Below, piece after piece: positions 47,222-54,736 of a stretch of DNA of 64,000 nucleotides. The notes beneath the pieces were generated by a model that was not told the origin of the DNA, did not search any database, and saw only the letters and a program-made list of their open reading frames with translations. How positions within the stretch are numbered: position 1 is the first letter of the stretch; each line of letters opens with the position of its first letter. The stretch comes from Phycisphaerae bacterium (GTDB lineage: Bacteria; Planctomycetota; Phycisphaerae; UBA1845; Fen-1342), in the NCBI GenBank assembly GCA_050115495.1, contig JASFQK010000004.1, positions 125,609 through 189,608 of the forward strand. Direction: 5' to 3'. Both the position numbers and the translations under genes were made by a program.

Positions 47222-48247
47222 ATGGCTCCGCCGGAGAAGAAGACAAGGCGTGAACCGGGCGACGCGCGCATGACGCTCGGTGAGCATCTCGATGAGCTGC
47301 GGACGTGTCTCGTGCGCAGCCTGATCGTGCTCGTCATCACGGCCCTGGCGTGCATCTGGCCGTCGAAGTACCTGTTGGCGATTCTCACCCGCCCGGTCGT
47401 GTTGGCTCTGCGGGCGCACGGTCAGCCGGATAGCCTTCTGGCCACGAGCCCCGTCGAGAGCATCGTCGTCTACATCAAGGTCGTACTGATCGCCGCCCTG
47501 ATCATCGCGGGGCCGGTCATTCTGTATCAGTTCTGGAGTTTCGTCGCCGCCGGGCTGTACCCGAAGGAGAAGGCCTGGGTCTATCGGCTGGTGCCGGTGA
47601 GTGCCGCGCTGTTCATCGTCGGCGTCGTGTTCATGTACTTGTTCGTGCTCGTGCTGAGCCTGAATTTCCTGGTGGGTTTCAGCGACTGGCTGCGGTTGCC
47701 GGACGCGAAACCGGGGCTCTACGAGCGGATAGTGTTGGGGCTGGGGGACGATGAGGGGGCGACGTCGCAGCCGGTTACGCCGGAATTGTGGCCGACTGTT
47801 CCGCTGCTGACTGAGGACCCAAAGGACCCGCCGCCCGGCGCCATATGGTTCAACGTCAGCGACAATCGGCTGAAAGTTCACGAGCGTCGGCACGACGGCC
47901 CGCGGACGTACTCGTACCAGTTTCAGCGGGACGATCGGCGGGCGATGGTCACGACGCACTTCAAGATCGGCGAGTACCTGAGCTTTGTGCTGGTGCTGAC
48001 GATCGCGTTCGGGCTGGCGTTTCAGTTGCCGCTGGTCGTGATCTTCCTGGTGCGGTCGGGACTGGTTTCGGTGCAGACGTTCCGGCGATATCGCAAGCTC
48101 GTGATCCTGGCGATCGTGTTCATCGCGGGCTGCCTGGCCCCGCCGGACTTGTTGAGCCATATGTTGTTATCGGGCCCGATGATCCTGTTGTTCGAGATTG
48201 GGCTGTTCATCGCGGCGCGGAAGAAGCGGGCGCCGGCGGAGGCGTGA
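47222..48247 (+). CDS. tatC: Twin-arginine translocase subunit TatC (with enlarged periplasmic loop)
   Basis: MTLGEHLDELRTCL, SPVE, YQFWSFVAAGLYPKEK, FGLAFQLP, PPD, MILLFEIG. Confidence 0.93.
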   Translation: MAPPEKKTRREPGDARMTLGEHLDELRTCLVRSLIVLVITALACIWPSKYLLAILTRPVVLALRAHGQPDSLLATSPVESIVVYIKVVLIAALIIAGPVILYQFWSFVAAGLYPKEKAWVYRLVPVSAALFIVGVVFMYLFVLVLSLNFLVGFSDWLRLPDAKPGLYERIVLGLGDDEGATSQPVTPELWPTVPLLTEDPKDPPPGAIWFNVSDNRLKVHERRHDGPRTYSYQFQRDDRRAMVTTHFKIGEYLSFVLVLTIAFGLAFQLPLVVIFLVRSGLVSVQTFRRYRKLVILAIVFIAGCLAPPDLLSHMLLSGPMILLFEIGLFIAARKKRAPAEA

Positions 48248-48290
48248 TTCGGCGGGCGCCGCCGCGTGGGTTTGGTGGGGGGCGGGGGCC

Positions 48291-48319
48291 TTGACGTGTT
48301 GGGGGGGATTGCGTAACTT
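48291..48319 (+). promoter_or_regulatory. sigma70 promoter of the tRNA pair
   Basis: TTGACG-N17-TAACTT. Confidence 0.6.
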
Positions 48320-48366
48320 TGATGTTCTGCCGATAAGGCGAGCGGGTCGGCGGAGCCGCCGGCACG

Positions 48367-48439
<73 letters not shown>

Positions 48440-48467
48440 CTGTCCGGATAACTGAATAGACCGTCCT

Positions 48468-48540
<73 letters not shown>

Positions 48541-48657
48541 TTCTTCGCAAACCACGTCGAGCGTTACGCTTGGCGTACCTGATCCAGGGGGTTCAGCGCG
48601 GCAAACCGAGGGCTTTTGCGCGGAGCACGCTCCGCGCAACGCGCAAAGGATCGCGCA

Positions 48658-48800
48658 ATGCCCCGTCAATCCACCCCGCCCGCCTACCGCAAACGCCTGA
48701 TCCGCGGCCGTGAAGTCGCCGTCGTGACACTCCGGGACCGGGAAACCGGTCGCCGGCGGGATTACTGGCTTGGGGCGTCGGAACGCCTGAGAGCCGGGCC
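48658..48800 (+). pseudogene. Truncated N-terminus of a planctomycete-type site-specific integrase
   Basis: MPRQSTPPAYRKRLIRGREVAVVTLRDRETGRRRDYWLG resembles the arm-binding N-terminus (P.YR...AVVTL...RD.YLG) of tRNA-targeting integrases; about 120 nt downstream of tRNA-Ala; no catalytic domain follows. Confidence 0.55.
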
Positions 48801-48845
48801 GCGTACGCCCGGCTGCTGCACGGCTGGTTCGGCAACATTGCCCGC

Positions 48846-49130
48846 GTGCTGCTTCCCGGGCGGGCGGCGTACATCCGGGGCGGCTGCGCCAACGTCGCCG
48901 ACTACGCGCCGGTGCGGATGGCCGCCGGGCTGTACTTCTCCCAGACGATCATCTGGGTGAAGGAGCACCCGGTCCTCACCCGCAAGGACTTCATGGGCAA
49001 CCACGAGTGGTGCTTCTGCACGTGGCGCGAGGGCGCCGCCCACGTCTTCCTTGGGCCGAACAACGCGACCGACGTCTGGTCAGTCAAGAAGGTCAACCCG
49101 CAGTCGATGGTGCACCTGACTGAAAAGCCT
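48846..49130 (+). pseudogene. Internal fragment of an N6/N4 DNA methyltransferase (phage/ICE type)
   Basis: GLYFSQTIIWVKEHPVLTRKDFMGNHEWCF..W.EGAAH...NATDVWSVKKV...HLTEKP; lacks the DPPY-type motif and the SAM-binding FxGxG motif. Confidence 0.7.
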
Positions 49131-49207
49131 CAGAATCCCACGTCCGCCGCAGGGGGCGAACGCTATAGCTTTGTCAACCCATTTGCACGCGGTTGTGCAA
49201 CGGGGGC

Positions 49208-49235
49208 TTGCAACGCGTGCCGAAAACGGTATGAT
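49208..49235 (+). promoter_or_regulatory. sigma70 promoter of the LysW operon leader
   Basis: TTGCAA(49208-13)-N16-TATGAT(49230-35); predicted start site about 49242-43, coinciding with the leader-peptide ATG. Confidence 0.6.
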
Positions 49236-49242
49236 GCTTCGC

Positions 49243-49311
49243 ATGATGAGCCGTTTGACCACCAAGAAGCCGCAGAAAAACGCCAAGCGCAAGCAGAGCG
49301 CTGCCGGCTGA
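49243..49311 (+). CDS. Lysine-rich attenuator leader peptide (22 aa)
   Basis: MMSRLTTKKPQKNAKRKQSAAG*: 5 Lys codons in a 10-codon stretch, including tandem AAG AAG; not in the ORF track. Confidence 0.7.
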   Translation: MMSRLTTKKPQKNAKRKQSAAG

Positions 49312-49341
49312 AGGTGTGGTCTTACGATATTCTGAACCCAC

Positions 49342-49373
49342 CGACGCCGGCTCCGGTCGGCGTCGTTCTTTTT
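49342..49373 (+). terminator. Attenuator terminator
   Basis: CGACGCCGGC-TCCG-GTCGGCGTCG-TTCTTTTT; its 5' arm can instead pair with 49303-49320. Confidence 0.8.
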
Positions 49374-49422
49374 CCCCACGAACGAACGTCAGCGGCCGAG
49401 CCCGTCGGTAAAGGAGATTCCG

Positions 49423-49533
49423 ATGGTGCCTTTTGCTGAGACGAGTCGGTGGCAGAGCCATAGCCCCGCCGTCAACACGCCTGCCAAGTCCAAGCCTCTC
49501 AAGCGCCAGCCGGCGGTCGCGCTCTGCGACTAG
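49423..49533 (+). CDS. Small ORF (36 aa) with strong RBS, possibly a gene remnant
   Basis: AAGGAG-N6-ATG; MVPFAETSRWQSHSPAVNTPAKSKPLKRQPAVALCD*. Confidence 0.3.
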   Translation: MVPFAETSRWQSHSPAVNTPAKSKPLKRQPAVALCD

Positions 49534-49644
49534 CCGGCCCTCCCTGACTTCCAACCTGAGTGCCTGAGACAGACACCGAGCACGGGCGGATCGGCCGCCT
49601 GTGGTCGTTGGCCGACTACTTCGCAACGAACAAGGAGCGCAACC

Positions 49645-49809
49645 ATGACCGCGTGTGTGATCTGTGGTGGAACCGTGCCTGTGCCCGCCGACGCCATCCC
49701 GGGTGAGCTGATCGAGTGTGCCGAGTGCGGCGGCGAGCTGGAGATTGTCGCTGTCGACCCGCTCGAATTGGCCGAGGCTCCGACGGAAGAGGAGGACTGG
49801 GGGCAGTAA
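49645..49809 (+). CDS. lysW: Amino-group carrier protein LysW/ArgW with atypical C-terminal EDWGQ
   Basis: [63 protein letters not shown] (54 aa, two CxxC, acidic); missed by the ORF track. Confidence 0.93.
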   Translation: MTACVICGGTVPVPADAIPGELIECAECGGELEIVAVDPLELAEAPTEEEDWGQ

Positions 49810-49882
49810 CCCGCCGGCGCCAGCCGGCTCCGCACCGGCCTGGCAAGACCATCGGCGGTCGTTCCCCATAGAGGATACAAGT

Positions 49883-50743
49883 ATGATCAGAGTCGGTTTT
49901 CTGCATTCCATCATCCGCAAGGACGAACGATTTCTGCTGGAGGAACTGCGCGATCGGCCGGACGTTGAGGTGGTGTTGATCGATGATCGCACGCTGGCCT
50001 TCCATCTCGGTCGCGACCGCCACGATCTGCATGTGCTGCTGGGACGCTCGCTTAACCGGTCCCGCGGGCTGTACGCGTCCCGCCTGTTCGCTAGCGCCGG
50101 TGTACCCTGCGTCAACATGCCCACGACAGCCGCCGTCTGCGGCGACAAGCTGCTCACCTCGGCAGCCCTGGCGGACCAGGGTGTGCCGCAGCCCGAGGTG
50201 CGCGTCGCGTTCACCGCCGAGTCCACCCTGCGGACGCTCGACGAAATGGGCTACCCGGCGGTGCTCAAGCCGGCGGTAGGCTCGTGGGGTCGGCTCCTGG
50301 CCAAGGTAAACGACCGCGACGCAGCCGAGGCACTGCTCGAACACAAGACCGTGCTGGGCTCGTACCACCACTCGATCTTCTACATGCAGCGGTACATCGA
50401 GAAGCCGTGCGGCCGCGACGTCCGCAGCTTCGTCGTTGGCGACGCGTGCATTGCGGCGATCTGCCGCACGTCGGCGCACTGGATCACCAACACAGCTCGT
50501 GGCGGGACGGTCTCCAACTGCCCGCTCACCGAGGAGCTGTGCGAGCTTTCGCTGCGGGCAGCCCAGGCGGTAGGCGGCGGCGTGGCCGCGATCGACCTGT
50601 TCGAGACCAGCGACGGGCTGCTCGTCAACGAGGTGAACGACACGATGGAGTTCAAGAACAGCATCGACGTCACCGGCGTGAACATCCCGGCCCGGATCGT
50701 CGACTACGTGCTGGACGTGGCGCGGAGGGCTGAACATGAGTAA
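49883..50743 (+). CDS. lysX: Alpha-aminoadipate--LysW ligase (RimK-family ATP-grasp)
   Basis: [61 protein letters not shown]. Confidence 0.93.
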   Translation: MIRVGFLHSIIRKDERFLLEELRDRPDVEVVLIDDRTLAFHLGRDRHDLHVLLGRSLNRSRGLYASRLFASAGVPCVNMPTTAAVCGDKLLTSAALADQGVPQPEVRVAFTAESTLRTLDEMGYPAVLKPAVGSWGRLLAKVNDRDAAEALLEHKTVLGSYHHSIFYMQRYIEKPCGRDVRSFVVGDACIAAICRTSAHWITNTARGGTVSNCPLTEELCELSLRAAQAVGGGVAAIDLFETSDGLLVNEVNDTMEFKNSIDVTGVNIPARIVDYVLDVARRAEHE

Positions 50744-51782
50744 GATCAACGTCTCCATCGTGGGTGGGTCCGGCTACGTCGGTGGCGAGCTGCTGCGGTT
50801 GCTACTGGCTCACCCGCACGTCGAGGTGCGGCAGGTCACATCGCAGCGGCTGGCGGGCCGGTCGGTCGGCAAGGCGCATCCCAACCTGCGCGACCGCACG
50901 AGGCTGGCGTTCTGCCAGCTAGACGCGCTGGAGCCTTGCGATGTTCTGCTGTTGTGCCTGCCGCACGGGCAGGCGATGGACGCCATCGACGAGTTCTGCG
51001 CCAGGGCCGGCTGGATCATCGACCTCAGCGCGGACTTCCGCCTGCGGAGCCCGGCCGACTGCGACAAGTGGTACGGCTACGCGCATCGCCGGCCGGAGTT
51101 GCTCGGCGAGTTCGTCTACGGTATCCCCGAGCTGCATCGCGACGCCATGCGCGCTACGACGCTCGTCTCCAGCGCGGGCTGCAACGCGACCGCCACGATC
51201 CTCGGCCTGTTCCCACTGTTCAAGCACGGTCTGGTCGAGACGCGAACACCGGTGGTTGTCGAGGTCAAGGTCGGCTCGAGTGAAGCCGGGGCTACCGCCA
51301 CGTCGGGTTCACATCATCCCGAGCGTGCTGGTTGCGTGCGTTCCTTCATGCCGACGGGCCATCGGCACACAGCCGAAATCGTGCAGGAACTTGGTGGCGG
51401 CCGCGACCTCACCGTGCACCTGTCGGCCACCACGCTGGACCAGGTGCGTGGCGTGTTGGCCACGTGCCATGTCGAGCTGCGCGACGACCTCGACGAGCGC
51501 GACATCTGGCGCGTGTACCGCGAGACCTACGGCGAAGAGCCGTTCATCCGCATCATCAAGGAGCGCGACGGCATCTACCGTTACCCCGAGCCGAAGCTGC
51601 TGGTGGGCACGAACGGTTGCGACATTGGCTTCGAACGCGATCCGCATTCGCGACGGCTGGTCGTGCTCAGCGCGATTGACAACCTCATGAAGGGCGCGGC
51701 CGGCCAGGCCGTGCAGGCCCTGAACATCATGCACGGATTCGACGAAAGGGCCGGCCTGGAGTTCCCCGGCCTGCATCCCTGA
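50736..51782 (+). CDS. lysY: [LysW]-aminoadipate 6-phosphate reductase (ArgC family)
   Basis: [69 protein letters not shown]. Confidence 0.93.
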   Translation: MSKINVSIVGGSGYVGGELLRLLLAHPHVEVRQVTSQRLAGRSVGKAHPNLRDRTRLAFCQLDALEPCDVLLLCLPHGQAMDAIDEFCARAGWIIDLSADFRLRSPADCDKWYGYAHRRPELLGEFVYGIPELHRDAMRATTLVSSAGCNATATILGLFPLFKHGLVETRTPVVVEVKVGSSEAGATATSGSHHPERAGCVRSFMPTGHRHTAEIVQELGGGRDLTVHLSATTLDQVRGVLATCHVELRDDLDERDIWRVYRETYGEEPFIRIIKERDGIYRYPEPKLLVGTNGCDIGFERDPHSRRLVVLSAIDNLMKGAAGQAVQALNIMHGFDERAGLEFPGLHP

Positions 51783-51783
51783 C

Positions 51784-52425
51784 GTGTGCCGACTGCTGGT
51801 AGTTAAATCGACGTCCCCGTTTGCGTGTGAACCGCATCTGTGGGCCTTCGCGCACATCGCCGCACACAGCCCCGAATATCAGGGTCACGGCTGGGGCTGG
51901 GCCAGGCTCGACGGCCACGGGTACTGGCACGTGCACCGGAGCATCCGGCCCATCTGGGAGGATGACCTGGCCTCCTGTCCGGATACCACGCTGTTGATTG
52001 CCCACGCCCGCAGCGCGTTTCGCAACCAGGGCATCGCCGTCGAGAACAACATGCCGTTTCACGACAAGCGCTGCGTCTTCGCCTTCAACGGCGAGCTGCA
52101 CGGCGTCCGCCTCCGCCAGCCGGGCCGAACCGGCGCCGAGAAGATCTTCAACCTGATCCGGCGTGGCGACCGCGGCGATCTCCGGGCGGCGCTCGCCACC
52201 GCGGCGGCGGCGATCACGCGGCACACGCGCTACGTCCGGGCCATGAACATCGTGCTGTCGGACGGATACTCCGTGCACGTGCATTCGGCGTTCAACGAAG
52301 ACCCGGACTACTTCACGCTGTTCACGCGTTCAACCGAACTGGGCTTCATCGTCTGCTCGCAGCCGTACGCCGGCGGCGGCGAGTGGACCCCAATCCCGAA
52401 CCATACCCTGAGGACCTTCACATGA
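51784..52425 (+). CDS. Class II glutamine amidotransferase/Ntn-hydrolase (YafJ/EgtC/Dug3-like)
   Basis: (M)CRLL N-terminal Cys nucleophile, GHGWG, IAHARSA, ENNMPF, FAFNGEL, GAEKIF, MNIVLSDG, CSQP; tightly coupled to lysY (1-nt gap) and lysZ (ATGA overlap). Confidence 0.88.
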   Translation: MCRLLVVKSTSPFACEPHLWAFAHIAAHSPEYQGHGWGWARLDGHGYWHVHRSIRPIWEDDLASCPDTTLLIAHARSAFRNQGIAVENNMPFHDKRCVFAFNGELHGVRLRQPGRTGAEKIFNLIRRGDRGDLRAALATAAAAITRHTRYVRAMNIVLSDGYSVHVHSAFNEDPDYFTLFTRSTELGFIVCSQPYAGGGEWTPIPNHTLRTFT

Positions 52426-53246
52426 TCGTGATCAAGATCGGCGGCGGAGCCGACATCAACCATCGGGCGATCTTCGAAGACCTGCGCCGACTGCTGGACC
52501 GGGGCGAACGGGCGATTGTCGTCCACGGGGCCAACCACGAAATGGCCGAGCTCTCCGCCCGGCTGGGACACGAGCCCTGCTTCGTCCGCTCCGTTTCGGG
52601 ACAGGAGAGTCGCTACACCGACGCCGCGGCCATGGAGATCTTCCAGATGGCCTACTGCGGCAAGGTCAACAAGACGCTGGTCACGCTGTGCCAGGCCCTC
52701 GGCATAAACGCGGTTGGCCTGGCCGGCCTGGACGGCCGGCTGCTGCTCGCGCGGCGTAAGCAGGCTCTACGCGTCGTTGAGGCCAGCCGCCGCCGGATCA
52801 TCCGCGACGATCTGAGTGGCAAGGTCGAATCCGTCAACACGGCGTTACTGGACCTGCTGTTGGGCCACGGCTATCTCCCGTTGATCTGCCCACCGGCACT
52901 CGGCGACGAATCCCAGGCCCTCAACGTCGATGGTGACCGGGCCGCAGCCATGATCGCGGCAGCCATGAAGGCCGAGCGTCTCGTTATCTTCTCGAACGTG
53001 CCCGGCCTGCTGCGCGACAAGGACGACGAGGCGACGCTGATCTCCGAGATCGCGTATGCCTCCATCGGCGAATGCGAGCGGTTCGCCCAAGGTCGCATGA
53101 AGAAGAAGATCATGGGCGCCGCCGAGGCGCTGTCACTGGGCGTCGGCGCGGTCGTCCTCGCCGACGGGCGCACCACGCGGCCGTTGGAAGATGCTCTGAA
53201 TGGACGGGGCACCCTGATTCATCGAACTAATACGAGGTTACCATGA
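52422..53246 (+). CDS. lysZ: [LysW]-aminoadipate kinase (ArgB family)
   Basis: MIVIKIGGG, VVHGA, SVSGQESRYTD, GKVNK, GLAGLDG, LNVDGDRAA, SNVPGLLRD, GRMKKK. Confidence 0.92.
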   Translation: MIVIKIGGGADINHRAIFEDLRRLLDRGERAIVVHGANHEMAELSARLGHEPCFVRSVSGQESRYTDAAAMEIFQMAYCGKVNKTLVTLCQALGINAVGLAGLDGRLLLARRKQALRVVEASRRRIIRDDLSGKVESVNTALLDLLLGHGYLPLICPPALGDESQALNVDGDRAAAMIAAAMKAERLVIFSNVPGLLRDKDDEATLISEIAYASIGECERFAQGRMKKKIMGAAEALSLGVGAVVLADGRTTRPLEDALNGRGTLIHRTNTRLP

Positions 53247-54397
53247 ACGTGAGCGAACTGGCCCGAACATATGAACTGGACGTCTACGCGAAACGCAACG
53301 TGACGCTGGTACGCGGTGCGGGCGCCAGGCTGTGGGACGCCGCCGGCCGCGAGTACATCGACTGTGTCGCCGGCTTTGGCGTCGCCAGCATTGGCCACTG
53401 CAATCCGCAGGTCGTTGCGGCGGTCTCTCGCCAGGTCGAGCGACTCGTGACCTGCCCGGGCAGCTTTGACAACGATGTGCGGGCTCGGCTCTGTGAGCGA
53501 TTGATAGGCATCACGCCATCATCGCTCAGCCGTGTCTTCCTGTGCAACTCGGGAGCCGAGGCGATTGAGGCCGCCATCAAGCTCGCTCGGCTCACGACCG
53601 GGCGGACCGATTTCGTTTGCGCTACGCGCGGTTTCCACGGCCGCACGTTCGGCGCGATGAGCGCCACGCACAACCCGAAGTACCGGCAGGACTTCGAGCC
53701 CGCCGTGCCCGGCTTCAGCTTTGTACGGTTCAACGATCGTCAGGAACTGGAGGCGGCCGTGACCGATCGTACGGCCGGTGTGATCCTCGAAATCGTGCAG
53801 GGCGAGGGCGGGGTCCGCGTCGGCCGGCCGGAGTTTTTCCGGGGGCTCGACACCTGGTGTGCGCAGCGCGGCGTGCTGCTCATCATCGACGAGGTGCAGA
53901 CCGGCTTCTGTCGGACCGGCAGGATGTTTGCGTCGCTACACTACGACCTGCGGCCGGACATCCTCTGTCTGGCCAAGTCGATTGCCGGCGGATTGCCCAT
54001 GGGCGCCGTGCTGTGCTCCGATGCCGTCCCCACGCTGCGTGGCAAACATGGCTCGACCTTCGGCGGCAATCCGCTGTGCTGCGCCGCCGGTCTCGCGGCC
54101 ATCGAGTTTATGCAAGCGGAGCGACTCGACGTCCAGGCGGCGGAGAAGGGCGCCTATCTGATGAATGCGCTGCGCCAGTGCTCGCTCGACAGCGTGCGCG
54201 AAGTCCGCGGCCTGGGTTTGATGGTGGGCATCGAGTTGCGCCACCGGGTCCAGCCCGTGCTGGTGGATCTCATGAAGCGCGGCGTTCTTGCCCTGCCTGC
54301 CGGCCAGACCGTGTTGCGGCTGCTGCCGCCGTTGGTGATTACGCACGCCGAGCTTGACCGCGTGGTGGAAGTGCTGGTGTGCTCGCTGCGGCGGTGA
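53243..54397 (+). CDS. lysJ: [LysW]-aminoadipate semialdehyde transaminase (ArgD family, PLP class III)
   Basis: YIDCVAGFGV, NSGAEAIEAAIK, FHGRTFG, VQGEGG, DEVQTG..RTG, LAKSIAGG, HGSTFGGNP, RLLPPL. Confidence 0.92.
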   Translation: MNVSELARTYELDVYAKRNVTLVRGAGARLWDAAGREYIDCVAGFGVASIGHCNPQVVAAVSRQVERLVTCPGSFDNDVRARLCERLIGITPSSLSRVFLCNSGAEAIEAAIKLARLTTGRTDFVCATRGFHGRTFGAMSATHNPKYRQDFEPAVPGFSFVRFNDRQELEAAVTDRTAGVILEIVQGEGGVRVGRPEFFRGLDTWCAQRGVLLIIDEVQTGFCRTGRMFASLHYDLRPDILCLAKSIAGGLPMGAVLCSDAVPTLRGKHGSTFGGNPLCCAAGLAAIEFMQAERLDVQAAEKGAYLMNALRQCSLDSVREVRGLGLMVGIELRHRVQPVLVDLMKRGVLALPAGQTVLRLLPPLVITHAELDRVVEVLVCSLRR

Positions 54398-54519
54398 GAG
54401 TGCGACGGAGGTCCTTGGTCTTCATCGCAGGGATGATAGGGACGCGCGTTTCGCCCGACAGCGCCGCCGGCAACCGGCCCGTGCGAGGCCCGATGCCGGC
54501 GCTCGCACCACGGGCAGTG

Positions 54520-54702
54520 TCACTCCGGGTCCTCAGAAGCGGTCTGTTCCTCCAACCGCTTCAGCAGCACCCGGGCGAAGCCGGTCTCGAGGACACCCGC
54601 GCGGTTGAGAGCGACGCACTTGGTGAATGCTTCGCGAGCGGCGGCGCGGTCACCTTCGAGCAACGCCTGGCGGCGGGTCGTTTCTTTCTGGCGGGGCGGC
54701 AC
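54520..54702 (-). pseudogene. Possible C-terminal TPR fragment
   Basis: ALLEGDRAAAREAFTKCVALNRAGVLETGFARVLLKRL looks like a terminal TPR helix pair; no upstream body. Confidence 0.3.
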
Positions 54703-54736
54703 TTAGGGCGGGGTCCAGCGAGCAATGAGGGGGCGG

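Noticed and set aside
48616..49439. Intact genes for the ORF-track entries 48616-48960 and 48846-49439
   Set aside because: Only parts resemble integrase or methylase; the remainder is read-through into unrelated sequence, including the attenuator, so they are treated as remnants.
49374..49644. Lysine riboswitch or T-box upstream of lysW
   Set aside because: No recognisable L-box or T-box consensus; the leader peptide plus terminator explains regulation better.
49645..54397. Secondary-metabolite (AmCP-type) biosynthetic cluster or arginine operon
   Set aside because: No NRPS, transketolase-like or tailoring genes adjoin it; the Lys-rich leader and LysX-type residues favour lysine biosynthesis, though dual Lys/Orn function is not excluded.
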